In this document: positions 38,128 through 52,552 of the stretch, one piece after another
Layout: the number at the start of each line of letters is the position of its first letter
Position numbering within the stretch: the first letter of the stretch is position 1
Assembly: GCA_951406725.2 (NCBI GenBank)
Contig: OX597818.1
Span: 108,004,001-108,068,000, forward strand
Direction: 5' to 3'
Length of the DNA stretch: 64,000 bases
Source of the DNA: Octopus vulgaris
Lineage: Eukaryota
The notes under the pieces: generated by a model
Database searches by the model: none
Seen by the model: only the letters and a program-made list of their open reading frames with translations
Told to the model about the DNA's origin: nothing
Made by a program: the position numbers and the translations under genes

Positions 38128-38805
38128 CATCAAGAATATCTGGCAAACTAAATACAAAAATGAAGTATATATATATATATATATACTTCATTTTTGTATT
38201 TAGTTTGCCAGATATTCTTGATGTGAATTCGTGTGTTGAAACAAATCTTGACGTGTGTAGGGAGGGTCATTTATACCAAGGGGGCCAGTCGATTAGAATG
38301 ACACAAGTATGCAACTGATATTTAGTATATTGACCCCTGAAAGGATGAAAGGCAAAGTCGTCCTCGGTAGAATTTAAACTTGGAATGTAAAGACAGACGA
38401 AATACTGCTAAGCATTTTGCCTGGCATGCTAACGAATCTGCCAGCTTGCTGCCTTATTTACACCAATAATAATAACACATGCACTGGTTCGATATCACTT
38501 CTTTATTGTTAGTCAATTGGTTAAACATCTAGCCAACTAATTAATTGATTGTTTGTTTAATCTGCTGGTTAAACTATCAATCAATCATTTCTTTGTAATT
38601 GAAAGTCCTGTTGTTGCTATTCAATGACCTTATCAATGATTTGCCCTCTCTCTTCAAGGTCTGCCATTAAACCAGAACATTAAACAAATGACCAATTTTC
38701 TTGGTTAGTTAGATATATAATCAATTGACTAACAGTGAAGACGTGATATTGAAACCAGTGCATGTGTTATTATTGGTGTAATGACCTTCCCAAGAAACAT
38801 CAATA
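37885..38805. mobile_element. Cluster of (TA)n-embedded Penelope-like remnants with nested family C SINE
   Basis: 37885-38030 is homologous to 3389-3515. Perfect palindrome 38123-38228. Arms ~38459-38540/38701-38780. SINE C (-) at 38280-38455 flanked by TTTATACCAA / TTTACACCAA. Confidence 0.7.
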
Positions 38806-38899
38806 TATATATCTATATAACTTTGATAGCTTTGATAGGTTTTGGCCAGAATAGGCCCAGGCCATGTCTAACTACATAGCACCACCTGGTGGAGTCTTT

Positions 38900-39121
38900 T
38901 AGTCATATATGCGGCACCATGGCCCCCTCTAGCAAAGAGTTATTATTGTTGGAGACATATCTGGTTGTAAGAGGTTCGTCCAGGATTTTTTTAAATTAGT
39001 CCAGTGAACATTTGAATTTTATGGGATCCGTTTTTGTTTTGACATATTTTGGTATGGTATTAAAGAGAGCTGGACTGGTTGAGGTTAAGTAATTGTTACG
39101 TAATGTTGCTATGTGTACTGA

Positions 39122-39125
<4 letters not shown>
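38900..39125 (-). pseudogene. CR1-group LINE ORF2 C-terminal fragment
   Basis: [38 protein letters not shown]...DEP...NNSL. Confidence 0.65.
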
Positions 39126-39200
<75 letters not shown>

Positions 39201-39313
39201 GCATATATATATATACATATATATATATATACACACTTATATATATACATATCTATATATGTATATATATCTATATATATATATATATAAATATATGTAT
39301 ATATATATATATG

Positions 39314-39357
<44 letters not shown>

Positions 39358-40112
39358 CATATTTACACGCACACTCACACACACACACCACACACACATA
39401 CATATTTATATTACATGTGTGCTAATTAATAGTTGCCTTTCATATTTTTTTTATTCCTTTTGCTTTCATTCGTTTATCACACTTTTTGGTAGGAAACTGG
39501 TGTTGGGGGTGGAGGGGTGGTGGTGGTGGTGGAATAAACCGACAAGAAAATGTAACTTTTTTTGTTTTTGTTTTCGTTTTTGGTTATCTTTTACGTTTGT
39601 AATGTCTTGGCAGCATCAATAATACAATAAACATAATGTATCTAAAGAAATATTTGGTAATCTTGGTGGTAAAATTGTATCAATCAAATATTGATTTGAA
39701 ATAATTAGTTGCTATTTGAGAAAACAAAATTACTAGTATAAGCTACTAAGTATTGATTTAATATAATTATAAAAATATTTACGGGGGGAAAAATAAGATA
39801 ATAAGCGTATATTTTGCTCAGACCGAATATTGATTTGTCATCATTATAAGATAGGTACAACTTTCAAGAGTGAGGAAATGTTCACTCAACTAATTTAATT
39901 ACAAAAATACTCCAAAACTAAGACAAAAATTACAACAGTAATACAAAAAAAAAGCCTAAAAAAAGGATTTATGCACTCTCTACCTATCTGTCCTATCTAT
40001 CAACCTCTATATCTATCAATCAATCAATCAATCTATCTATCTGTATATCTATGCCTTTCTCTGAATATATATATATATGTGTGTCTGTGTATGTATGTAT
40101 ATATTCATGTAC

Positions 40113-40174
<62 letters not shown>

Positions 40175-40456
40175 GTACATGAATATATACATACACATAC
40201 ATATACATGCATAAATATATACATATATATATGTATATATCTATCTATCTATCTATATATGTGTATATATATATATATATATATACATACATATATGTAT
40301 ACATACACACACATATACATACATAGATACATATACATATATATGTATGTATATATATATATATATATACATACATACATATATACACATATATATATAC
40401 ACATACATGTACATACATTTATCATCATCATTTAACATTTATATATAAATATAAAG

Positions 40457-40512
<56 letters not shown>

Positions 40513-40769
40513 GTGTGTGTATTTATGTGCTTATGAAAATATTAAAATAAATAAAATACAAATGTTTCTAAATATTCTGTAAGTTTCTCCTGATTAATTC
40601 AACCTATTAATATTTATTCAAACTTAGACACCAGCTGACTTTATTAAGGTGCCATAACAATTGACTTAAAAGGCCACAAGATCAAACCAATGACAAAACA
40701 GATAAGGTGTAACTATTTCCATTCATTGAATATTTGTGATTTTTAGTTCAATTACAGGTAGAACATCAA

Positions 40770-40985
40770 AGCAGTGAGCTGGCAGAATCGTTAGCATGCC
40801 AAGGAAAAATGCTTAGAGGCATTTTGTCCATCTTTACATTCTGAGCTCAGATTCCACTGAGGTTGACTTTGCCTTTCATGCTTTCGGGGTCAATAAAATA
40901 AGTAACAGTTAAACTCTGGGGTCAATGTAATCAATTTATCCTGTTCCCCCAACTTGCAGGCCTTGTGTCAAATTTTGAAATCAAT
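40770..40985 (+). mobile_element. Family C SINE
   Basis: GAGCTGGCAGAATCGTTAGC...GACTTTGCCTTTCATGCTTTCGGGGTCAATAAAATAAG. Confidence 0.8.
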
Positions 40986-41804
40986 TTCAGGTAAAACATT
41001 TCTGTATTTTGTAACCAGTCCTTTGGAATAACCTACACCATGTTGACCTGATTGTTGAACAGAAAGACACTTCGCTACGAACTCAGAGTGTTTGAGTTCA
41101 AACTCATCGACAGTGCTGTTATGTATTTGCACAATAAACTGGAGTCTAAGAAAACTGTGTCAGCAGCAATTAGTCAATAATGAAGTTTATAAGAGAGATC
41201 AATAAGTTCAATAGCCATAGAATATAATGTTCCCCGTTTTGCCCTTCGTTTGTGAAGGAGGAAGGAAAAGAAAGCGTTGCTGTTGCAAGTAAATGAGGAT
41301 GTAATTAAGGTTGAAGGCGTTGGATGTGAGTGGGGGTGGGATGTGAGGTCGGAAGGTCGATGTGTAGAGGGAGAAAGATGGAGAGAGAGAGAGAGAGATG
41401 CTGTGAGAAGGTTGTGCAAGATGACGGAAGAAAGGAATATCTAATAATAGAGTTCGATGAGCAAACAAGAATAAAATGATGGCTTCTAATTTGGCCACAA
41501 GGCTAGCAGCTTTGAGGGGAGGGGGAAGTCGATATCACTGACACAGTTCTTGACTGTTTTTTTTTTGGTTTTTTAATGACCCCCACCCACAAGCACGACA
41601 GGTAAATTTGATTTCAGTGGGTTTCGAAATCAGAATGTAAAGGCCTCAAACCAATACTGCAAAACACTTCTGACACTGATAAATCTGGCAGCTCACCACT
41701 TTCAATTAGGAATACTACCACTACCAGTACTACTACTGCTACCACCACCACCACCACCACCACCACCACCACTACTACCACCGCCACCACCACCACAACT
41801 ATTG

Positions 41805-41851
<47 letters not shown>

Positions 41852-41852
41852 G

Positions 41853-42315
41853 TCCTGATGCAGTACCAGGCAGTGGCTCTCATGGCTTCTGATCTTAACT
41901 GATTGAAAGTGTTATCATGTACATTGTTTTGTCTTGGTATAAAAAAAGATGGGCTACAGCAAATATTCTGCTCAATACCACAGATTTGCTTGTCAGTTGT
42001 TTGACCTTAACCAGTTGAGCATGTCCCTTAGTGGCTGACGATATGTACATCTCTGATCACGAGCAGAAGTAGTGGGGGAGCATCATAGCCATGTGTTGAG
42101 AGGGATTCTTTGGGGTTTGGACAATTACCTTTGGAAACATGGGTGTTTTGTTCAGTATCCTTAAACAACTATATTCAGAGACCTTTTGAGAAGGATGGGC
42201 TACTCGGCCTGACAAAAATTCTAACTGGGCCCCACATGCAAGGTCATGTGCTGTTTATCTTGATATGAAATCAGCATGCCATGCACATATGGCTGTGATG
42301 CATGTGTCTGGTGTA
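41853..42315 (-). mobile_element. Family D repeat (second copy, inverted)
   Basis: Reverse complement of 13490-13862; abuts (TAC)n. Confidence 0.75.
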
Positions 42316-43731
42316 TGAAAAAAAAGAAAACTTGGGAGTTTCAAGTAAAAAAATAGAGAGGAGGGAAAATGACAGAGCAGGGCTGAATTAAAAATGCAGG
42401 AACAGACAGAAAAATTGTTGAAATATAATGACATGTATAATTGTTGAAGAATAAGGAAAATTTATAGAATGTTTCAAATTTTGAAGGAACAAAATATTTA
42501 TTCAGTAGTTGACAGGTGAGGCATCTTACAACAATTGAATAAAGGAAAGGAAAGAAAATGGTGAAATACCTGAGGTTGACAAGTTTTTAAGTAGACAAGT
42601 TACATTTTTAAAAGCAGAATGCCTCCAGTGTCTTACAAGAGTATCTCACATTAGATCACCTTCAAACCATTTCTTAGAGTGCAGAAACATGGAATTGGAC
42701 AAAAGACCTAAAAAGAAATATGAAGACCAGCTCATCACTCTCATGAATACCTTATGAATGGAATAACCTGGAAGAATTTTTAACACAATAAAATGAATTT
42801 GAAAACAAACAATACCATATGACAATGTCATGCTTTTAAAATTGCTGGAGTTAAGTTTGATGAAATGAATGACAAGAATGTAGATGAAAAAGCTGGGAGA
42901 CAGGGATCTAACACAGCTAAAGAAAGAGGATAGAAATAAACATGATGCAGAAGTGATTAGATTTTTTAAAATAAAATTTGGAGATAGGAAATATGAGTGA
43001 AAGTCAAGAGACGTCATCTTCAGCTGCCTATATGACATGATCTGTGAACTTATATTTTCGATCAAGGGAATCTAGCACCACCACCCCCTCAGCTAAATTA
43101 CAGCAACATTCATCCTAAACCACGACTGCCATGCTATGTTGGAAAACAACCTTTACTACAAAAGATATTAAGTTAGAAAGCTTGAAATGCCAAAGAGTAG
43201 TTTTTATGGTAAGAAGACATGGATGAACCTCAGAAGGTACACTTTCATTAATCAAGGCATTTGTTCTGTGAATGCTCTACAGAAATTTGTTTTGTATGTA
43301 TGTATGTATGTCATATTATGTATGTATGTGTATATCCACCCCACCCCCATACATGTCACTCCCACCCATATCCCCACCACCTCACCCCAAACCTCACCCC
43401 ATCATGCCACACCACACCACACACCACCCTGCACACACTAGCACTGACCACTTCCCACCACCCACACCATCATCCATACGCCCACACATTACAGATGCAC
43501 ACACTTACACACGCACACATCCACATGTCAAAGTCACCAGCCTCTATCCACACACACACACACACTCACATACACATGCACATGCACCTTCGTTTTGAGA
43601 TCACCAATACTTTGTTATCTCCCCTTCTTCCTAACTCTCCTGTCTAACCACCTCTGTCCAGCCAGCTGCCAGGATTGACCGCTAGCTCCAAAAGATTTTT
43701 ATTCTCTCTCCGCTTATTTTCTCTTATTCCT

Positions 43732-43860
43732 GTCTGCTGAAGCGAGTAAGGCTTGAAACGTAAAAGACTTTCTCACCTTCCCAAGCACTAAACTAATACA
43801 CCTATTTATTGTTTATACACCTGTCTTCATCTTTTGTTTTCCTGTAAATTTCAACTATAT
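43732..43860 (+). mobile_element. Penelope-like terminal fragment with degenerate hammerhead
   Basis: GTCTG CTGAAGC GAG TAAGG CTT GAAA CGTA AAAGAC, then a T-rich tail into (TA)n. Related tail on the minus strand at ~56490-56550. Confidence 0.55.
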
Positions 43861-44489
43861 ATATATCATCATTTCATCTACATATATCATCTTCAACATC
43901 ATCATCACCATTTAACATCTGTTCTCCATGATGGCATGGGTTGGACAGTTTGACAAAGCTGGCAAGGCCAGAACTGTGCAAGGTCCATTGTGTCTGATTG
44001 TGTGTGTGCACTTATGATATGTTAATTATATTAAAAGAAATAAGCAGAAAAAAGAAACAAACCGCAGCTCATACAGCTCAGGTGAATTTCCTCGAAATAA
44101 ACTTGAATGTGTTTTGGAACATTAAAGTCAATTCTGATTTGTCCCAGTCTATTTAAACAAATCAGGTAATAGATTCCTTGGTGGACATGGCCTTAGATAA
44201 ACTGGTATCAAATCTGGGGGCTTCAAAGTTGTCACTCATCTGTTTATTGCACTCATATCATTATGAATTCCTAAGTTGGGAGAATCTTGTATTCCAGGAA
44301 ATAATTAATGATGTCTTACACTCACAATATTTGCTTCCATTCCTTTGACTAAAAACCCAGTTTTCAGCAACTGCTTGTACTGTTTTTTTTTTATTTTATT
44401 ATATTTTACAATTTTTTATTATTTTATACTTTATAAAATTTATTGTAAGCATATCATTTTAAAACTGAAGCAATTTCTGACATATAACC

Positions 44490-44705
44490 GGTTTCAAATT
44501 TTGGCACAAGGCCGGCAAGTTTAGGGGTTGATGCTAATCAATAACATCCCCCCACCATTGCTCAATTCCTACTTATTCTATTGACCCCCAAAAGGATGAA
44601 AGATAAAGTCATCCCCGTCAGAATTTGAACTCAGAACATAATGAAGAACGAAATGTCACTAAGCATTTTGCCCAGTGTGTTAATGATTCTGCCACCTCGT
44701 TACCT
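44490..44705 (-). mobile_element. Family C SINE
   Basis: GACCCCCAAAAGGATGAAAGATAAAGTC...GAATTTGAACTCAGAAC...TAATGATTCTGCCA. Confidence 0.7.
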
Positions 44706-45087
44706 TAATTACACACAAAATAGTGTTGAGGAAAAAATGGAAAGAAAAAAAAAACAGCAATTACAGTGACTTTGTTTAAAGAACCAATTTCTCTCTCCTT
44801 TCTTCCTAAAAGGAAAAGCAAAGCTTTCAAATTAACTTCTCTGTTTGAAAGGAAATCTCCTAAAATGTCAATATTCCCTTAACCAATGTTTTCTGCATCT
44901 TTCCAATCACTTTCGAATCCTTGTATCATCTCTTTTGGTAGCGTTAATCTTTTGCTTCGTTTTCTTTCCCATTCACTGATCACTTGATTCTAAGAAAATG
45001 GAGAATTATTATTCCATATTGTTGTGAGATGAGGAGATTCTTTTGTTCAAGATTTGTTACTTACAGCTACACATGCACACACACACA

Positions 45088-45133
<46 letters not shown>

Positions 45134-45292
45134 TACACACTAAAAATTACACAAACACTCATACAGAAGTATATACATACATACATATACATATATATAT
45201 TATATATATGTATACATAAATATATATATATATAGATGTATATAATGTATGTATAAGTATAGATAGACAGATACACACACATACATATATAT

Positions 45293-45335
<43 letters not shown>

Positions 45336-45555
45336 AACACGCACACACAAATGATCACGACACTATTTCTGAAGAGATATGTGCACTAAATTTTCCAATT
45401 ACACTTTCAGAATCACGTATATGTTCTACACATGCATATTCATATACATGCACACATATCTTTGCAGAGATATACATGCACACACACACACACACACACG
45501 TATTCATGCACAAATACACATCTACACACTTCAGCATACTACTACACTCCTACAC

Positions 45556-45591
<36 letters not shown>

Positions 45592-45877
45592 TGTAAACTT
45601 TACCTACTTACTTACATATATTGACCTTATGCTGAACAACCTCCATGCAGTTCCATACAACCCCAAACAAGCTAATACTGACATCAATACAACTTTGACT
45701 TTAACCATAAAAAATACGATAGCATATCAGTGAACAGCTTGTAGACTCATAACAAAAGACTTTAATACTTCAACATAATTAACTGTTAAAAAGAATAAAG
45801 AAGTGAATACGATAGTGCGTGATATAATAAATACATACATGCATACATACATACATACATATGTATATACATATATA

Positions 45878-46019
<142 letters not shown>

Positions 46020-46884
46020 TATATGCATGAATATATGTAGATATCATCATCATCATCAACATCACATACTAATATATAAATATAAATAGAGAGATACACA
46101 TGTATACTTATATGCATATATATATATATATATGCATCAACATATATTTATATGTGTGTGGGTTTGTGTGTGTGTGTTTGTGTGTGCACACATATTTCAT
46201 ATCTACATTTATGCGTATGTTTTCATACATATGTATGCACACATATCTATATATACTTATGCATACTTACACCCACCACTACATATGTATGTGTGTGGCT
46301 GTGGCTGTGTATGTGGCTGTGTCTTTGTGTATATATGTGTCTTTGTAGGTGAGTGGGTGTAGGTGTGTCAATGTGTGTGTGTGTCGTATATTGCTCTATA
46401 AGTTAGTTTCAAAAGTTACTTTTAATATGTGTTGCAGATTCTTAATTGTATCTGAAGCAAGCCACACCCTAATGAGATAGCAGAGATATTCTGCATCGAC
46501 CATAGAGTAACTTGCTCAAGAGCTGGATCTCCCAAATCTATAAAGACCCATCTATCTCACCTGTCTCTTATGGTTCTGCATTTGACATCACCAAAGCCAT
46601 GCCTCCGTCACGTTAGGAGAAAGACACAACTAACATACCTCTCGTTAGACTTTAATTCTTTCTCTTCCATCTTTCACTCACTCGAGTCATTAGACTGTGG
46701 CCATGCTGGGGCACCGTCTTCAGGAACTTCTATGTCAAATGAATTGAACCCAGTACATTTTTTCAAGACCGGTACTTATTTATCAATCTCAGTTACGGGG
46801 TTGTGAGGTATGTCAACACCAGCTGTCAAGAGGAGATGGGGGACAAGACACACACACACATACGCACACACATGCACACAGATT

Positions 46885-47990
46885 GTATTTGTAAAGTGTG
46901 ATTTAGTTGAATTCTTTTTCTGAAAACCCTAATGTATCCAGATTTACTCACAGTGCCAACTGCATCAATTTTTGGCATAAATGTGAATTTATAATCTCGA
47001 TATATATAGAATTGGTGGTTTCAAACAGTTGTCCGTAGTTGCCATCTTTCTCTTTGATTTTCAAAGAGATATTCACATCAGCAGGACAGCTGACCTCTAT
47101 GATGGTACTCCTTTTTCTTGTCTGTCCCAAACAACAACATCTGACAGATGGTTTGACGGGAATGGTCCACCAGTATTCCTTGCACTGATATTTGTATACA
47201 TATTCAATAACAGGGGGATTCCCTATATTTATTCCAGGATACTATTTTTTCTGGATGACATTGTATATTGTTTTGCACCAAAGCCTATCTACTACCTGTC
47301 ATGTAGGCTGGTAGTACCTTGATGATGTTTTTAGGCTGTTGCTAATCCCATGTGTGATGTCTGCCACAGAAATATGATATATTTTACATTTTCAGTTGCA
47401 TCCTGAGATACCAAAGGTTTCACCGTCTCTTCTTTACAAAGTATTTTGTAGCAACCTCCTGTTCTTGGATTGCAAATGCATAGGTCTTGTTGTTGTTGTT
47501 GTTGCTGTTAAGCAACAAGACAGGTAAAGGTGATTAGGTGATGGTCTAGGGCTTAGGGGCAGGAGACCCAGACCTTGGAAAAAAAAAACTTTGGTCGTCC
47601 TGTTGTAGTCAAGACACCCGACACCACTGGGAGGTGGCCCTCGAAGTCGCTGGAAATGGAGATCTCCAGGTCCAAATTCCTGAACGGCTGCATAGGTCTT
47701 GAAGTGTGATATAATGCAGAAGTCATGAGTCCAAGAGAGGCTTTGTTTCATGTCAATATTACTGTGTTCTTCAAGTCTCCAGGAAACATATCCATGCGCA
47801 ATCTCTTTTTGGTATGCGGAGCATTGCACATCCAGGTTTCTTTGAGGTATGTATTCATGGTCTTTACCATTTTTAATTCTTCCTCTGAGGAAGGATCTGG
47901 TGAGGTGAGGTGAATGTAATATTTCTCAAGGTACAATTTCCTGGACATGTTTTCACAGAAAACTGGAAATGGACAACGTCACTTGTATGT
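46885..47990 (-). pseudogene. RLE-type (R2/R4/NeSL-like) LINE C-terminal region, decayed and interrupted
   Basis: HGYVS...IDMKQSLSWT...ISHFKTY [insertion] AFAIQEQEVATKY ... DITHGIS...SSRYY ... KEYWWTIPVK ... TIIEVSCPADVNISLKIKEK..NYGQL: zinc-knuckle plus PD-(D/E)xK-type endonuclease region. Confidence 0.8.
47490..47688 (-). mobile_element. 199-bp retroposed insertion with (AAC)n tail and 13-bp TSD
   Basis: TGCATAGGTCTTG at 47477-47489 and 47689-47701; removing the insert and one TSD restores FKTYAFAIQEQE. Confidence 0.85.
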
Positions 47991-48058
47991 TGGGGATTCT
48001 TGTTTACAACCAATATTTACAGATATATGTATAAACGTATACACTTGTATGTATGGAT

Positions 48059-48096
<38 letters not shown>

Positions 48097-48309
48097 ATGG
48101 ATGGACAGACAGATGGAAGAATGAAAGGAAGGATGTGTTTTTGCAACAGTATCTTTGTAATTTCCATACACCAAATTCCATTCAGAAGATATTGCTATTT
48201 AGGGCTTTGGGTTAATGTTTTCTACAATAACCCAAGACTGACCAATGCCATATGAAGGACTCTGGTCAACAGAAACTGCAAGAAGTTTATCCTGTGTATG
48301 TGTGTGTAT

Positions 48310-48510
48310 ACTCTTTACTCTTTTACTTGTTTCAGTCATTTGACTGTGGCCATGCTGGAGCACTGCCTTTAGTCGAGCTAATTGACCCCAGGACTTATTC
48401 TTTGTAAGTCTAGTACTTATTCTATCGGTCTCTTTTGCTGAACCGCTAAGTTACGGTGACATAAACAAACCAGCATTGGTTGTCATGTTGGGGAGACAAA
48501 TATGGACACA

Positions 48511-48555
<45 letters not shown>

Positions 48556-48752
48556 GCACACACACACACACACACACATACATATATACGATGGGCCTCT
48601 TTCAGTTTCTGTCTACCAAATCCACTCACAAGGCTTTGGTTGACCCGAGGCTATAGTAGAAGACACTTGCCCAAGGTGCCACACAGTGGGACTGAACCCG
48701 GAACTGCGTGGTTGGTAAACAAGCTACTTACCACACAGCCACTCCTACACCT
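48310..48752 (-). mobile_element. Family A SINE, full length
   Basis: Tail ACTCTTTACTCTTTTACTTG to head CACAGCCACTCC. Confidence 0.9.
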
Positions 48753-49189
48753 ATGCATGTCTTATTTTTATGTTGGTCACCTCTTTAGTGAAATGGTGCT
48801 AATGTTTGCATAACCTGTTGATATTACCACCAGTTACTTTGCATTTTCAAAGATCTGTGGAATAAAAGAATTCTTTGCTTGAAAAACAGATACTGGTCAG
48901 TGGCAGTTAGAATGAGCAGCTGTGAAATCCAAATAGAAATAACTCCCACTCTAACCCATGCAAGCATGACAAACAAGATTTTAAATATAAGATCTTTAAT
49001 TACAATGAATGGTGTGCTTCAGTCTGAATATTCAATTCTTGATTTTTTTCTATTCTTTAAGCTGTTTTAGTCATAGAAATGCAGCCATGCTTGAGTCCCA
49101 CTTGAAATTATTTTCAACCAGGTTTGTTGCTGCTTTATGACTGGAAGTTGGTCTGTGATTGAGTTTACAGAAGTTGATCTTCCCTAGGA

Positions 49190-49500
49190 GTATCCTTAAA
49201 TGTTTGGTTGGCCAGTCTGGTATCATTATTAGGCATTTATCCAATATTTTTTCTTAATGGTCCAGTAGAGGTCCCTTTCGTAATTTTGATTTCTTTAGGT
49301 AAGCAGTTGAACAGTTGAGGACCCCCTAAATATCCGATTGGTACAGCAGAAGGTTTTTCTTCAGGATTTTGAAGGTGATATAGTTGGAAGCTGACAGTGT
49401 ATACCAGTTCGTGCATTAAAATTCTCTCTAATGCCAAAGTTTGGAACACAGCCCTCCAGGATTTTCCACGTGTCTATGATAGTATATCTCTTTCTTTGGT
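49190..49500 (-). pseudogene. CR1-group LINE ORF2 C-terminal fragment
   Basis: RERYTIIDTWKILEGCVPNFGI...NARTGIHC...GPQLFNCLPKEIK. Confidence 0.75.
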
Positions 49501-49689
49501 ATTCCAGATAATGGCAATGTCTTCAAAAACAATTTTTATAGCACCAGATACTTTGTAAGTATAGGTTGTGTCTTTGGCACAATCAATAATATTTGTTTTG
49601 GCCATTGACATAAACATATATTTCTTTTAATGGAGGATGCGTGTATTTTTCTGCAACTCTCAATATAGATTCTTCTATTCTTTCATTTA

Positions 49690-50312
49690 ACTCAGTCATT
49701 TGACTGTGGCCATGCTGGAGTACCACCTTTAGTTGAACAAATTGACCCCTAGGACTTATTCTTTGTAAGCCTAGTATTTATTCTATCAGTCTCTTTTGCC
49801 AAACCGCCTAGTTATGGGGATGTAAAGATACCAACATTGGTTGTTAAGTGATGGGGGTTAGGGTTATATATACGATGGGCTTCTTTCAGTTTCCATCTAC
49901 CAAATCCACTCACAAGGCTTTGGTCAACCTGAGGCTATAGTAGAAGACATTTGTCCAAGGTGCCACGCAGTGGGACTGAACCTAGAACCATGTGGCTGGT
50001 AAGCAAGCTACTTACCACACAACCACTCCTGCACCTATGCTTAAAGAGTTTTGAAAGTTGAAGCAAAATTCTTATCAAGTGTTTTATATTTTACTTGTTT
50101 AAGTCATTAGACTGCAGCCATCCTGGGGCACCACCTTGAAGATTGTTTTTTGTTGAATGAATTGATCCCAGAACTTATTTTTTTAAGCCTGGTTCTAATT
50201 CAGTTGGAGACTATAGTAGAAGAGACTTGCCCAAGGTGCCACGCTGTGGAACTGAACCCAGAACCATGTTGATTGGGATGTAAACTTCTTACCACACAGC
50301 CATGCTTGCACC
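49690..50312 (-). mobile_element. Two family A SINE copies
   Basis: Copies at 49690-50038 and 50090-50312 with the family motifs. Confidence 0.8.
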
Positions 50313-50874
50313 TAGTGTTGGCCTTTTCACCAAGTTGCAAAGGTCTGTTCTAAATGGTACCATTCTTTGTTTGTTTGAGGATGTTTTTGTTGTTGTCAAT
50401 CCAACTTTGTTATCTCCATGACTTCCAGGTCTGCCATTGTCAAAAGAACATGCATGCCATCGCATTCATTTTATAAAATCTTCTGATTTCATGATTAGAC
50501 ATTTTAGGAGAATTTTTTTTTCTACATGGAATGGAAAGACATTTTGTAGAAAAATTCAATTGTTTGCCCCCACCCACGCACAAACCTCTGTTCACAGCGT
50601 TCTACTATATCAAGGAATGATTACAAATATACAAGCATACACACATGTTCATGTGTGTATGTCTCTCTATATATGTACACACACACACACACAGACTTAG
50701 ATATATATACACACTTAGCTATATATACACATATATATATGTACACATAAATCAATATATATGTGTGTATATATATATGTATATATATGTATGTATATAT
50801 GTATATGTATACATGTATGTATATGATATATATGTATATATATATACACACGCATGGAAAAGGGACATTAAAGA

Positions 50875-50912
<38 letters not shown>

Positions 50913-50920
50913 ATATAGAT

Positions 50921-50986
<66 letters not shown>

Positions 50987-51299
50987 ATTTATGTATACAC
51001 AGATATAAGTTTGAGTGCATGTGTATTTGTACGCACAGGTGTAGAAACAAGTATATTTCTGCTTGTGTATATAGATTGATTACAGGTATGTTTATATCAA
51101 CAAGTGTATGAGATGTTAGAATAATTGTGGGAGGAAAAAACAAAATAAGAAAACCACCAAAACAGAAGCAAGAACAAAACTTGGCCATAAATTCTTTCAG
51201 TGTAAAAGACTCATTTTTGCTAATGAAATAAACATCTATTTTACCTGAAAGAGGAATGGAAAGGAAAAAGTACATGTTGAGTTAAAAAAAGAGAAGGAG

Positions 51300-51441
51300 A
51301 AAAAGAAAGAGGAATAATGGTGGGGCGGGAGGAAGAGGAGAGAAGAAGAAGAAGAAGAAGAAGAAGAAGAAGAAGAAGAAGAAGAAGAAGAAGAAGAAGA
51401 AGAAGAAGAAGAAGAAGAAGAAGAAGAAGAAGAAGAAGAAG

Positions 51442-51474
<33 letters not shown>

Positions 51475-52409
51475 AGGAGGAGGAGGAGGAGGAGGAGGAG
51501 GGAGGAGAATAAGGAATAACAAGTAAAGAAGGAGGAGAAAACGGAAGAGGAGGGGGAACAGAGAAGGAAGAGGGGAGGTGGAAGAAGGGAGGAGGATGAG
51601 AGGAGGAATGGAAAAGGAAGAGGAAAGGGAAAGAAGGAGAAGAAGAAGAAGAAGAAGAGACAGAGGAAGGAGGAGGAAAGGAGAAAGAAGGGAAAGGGGA
51701 AGAAGAAAGAGAAGAAAAAAAGAACAACAACAAGATGGTGATGCCGGTGGTGGTGCTGTTGGACAGCAAGGATAATGGTGATGGTGATGGTGATGCTTAA
51801 GCGCTGTGTGACAGTGGGTGGTGGTGGTCGTGGTCGGAACCGTATTGCAAGGGTGGTATTACAGATTAGATAGTACAAGGGTTCCATTGTGATATTTGGC
51901 AGACTGACAAAACCCAGCTGTTGATCATCATGTGATAATAAATTCCTCATAATAGTCCAAGTATTATTGGTGATGGATGGCATGGTTGAGTGGGCGGGAG
52001 GCAGGAGATTCTATGTTCATTGTTTGTATATTTTTTATTATGTTCTTTTTATTTTCTGTGTGTGTCTGTGTCTGTGTCTGTGTCTTTATGTGTTTGGGTA
52101 CATCAATGCGTGTGTGTGTGTGTGCTTACTGTAACTATGTGTGAACTTTTGTATTGATGTGTGATTGTCTTTTCTTTGTCAGTGTGGATGTGAATAAATG
52201 TATCAGTAGGTGTGTCTATGTGTGTGCTTATGTGCGTCTATGTGTGCGTGTGCGCGCTTGTCTCTCTCTCTCTCTCTCTCACTCTCTCTCCTTTCTACTG
52301 TGACTGTTGACATTGTGTTTTTATTTATTCCCAAAATTGTTTTTCTCTTTGTTACAATATTCTTGAATTAGTGGTGACTGGCTTCTGTAGCAGCAGCAGC
52401 AGCAGTAGC

Positions 52410-52475
<66 letters not shown>

Positions 52476-52503
52476 GGTGGTGGTGGTGGTGGTGGTGGTG
52501 GTG

Positions 52504-52552
<49 letters not shown>

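Noticed and set aside
46462-46512. CTAATGA, hairpin, GACC as a decayed hammerhead
   Set aside because: Both core strands are mutated; cannot be distinguished from chance.
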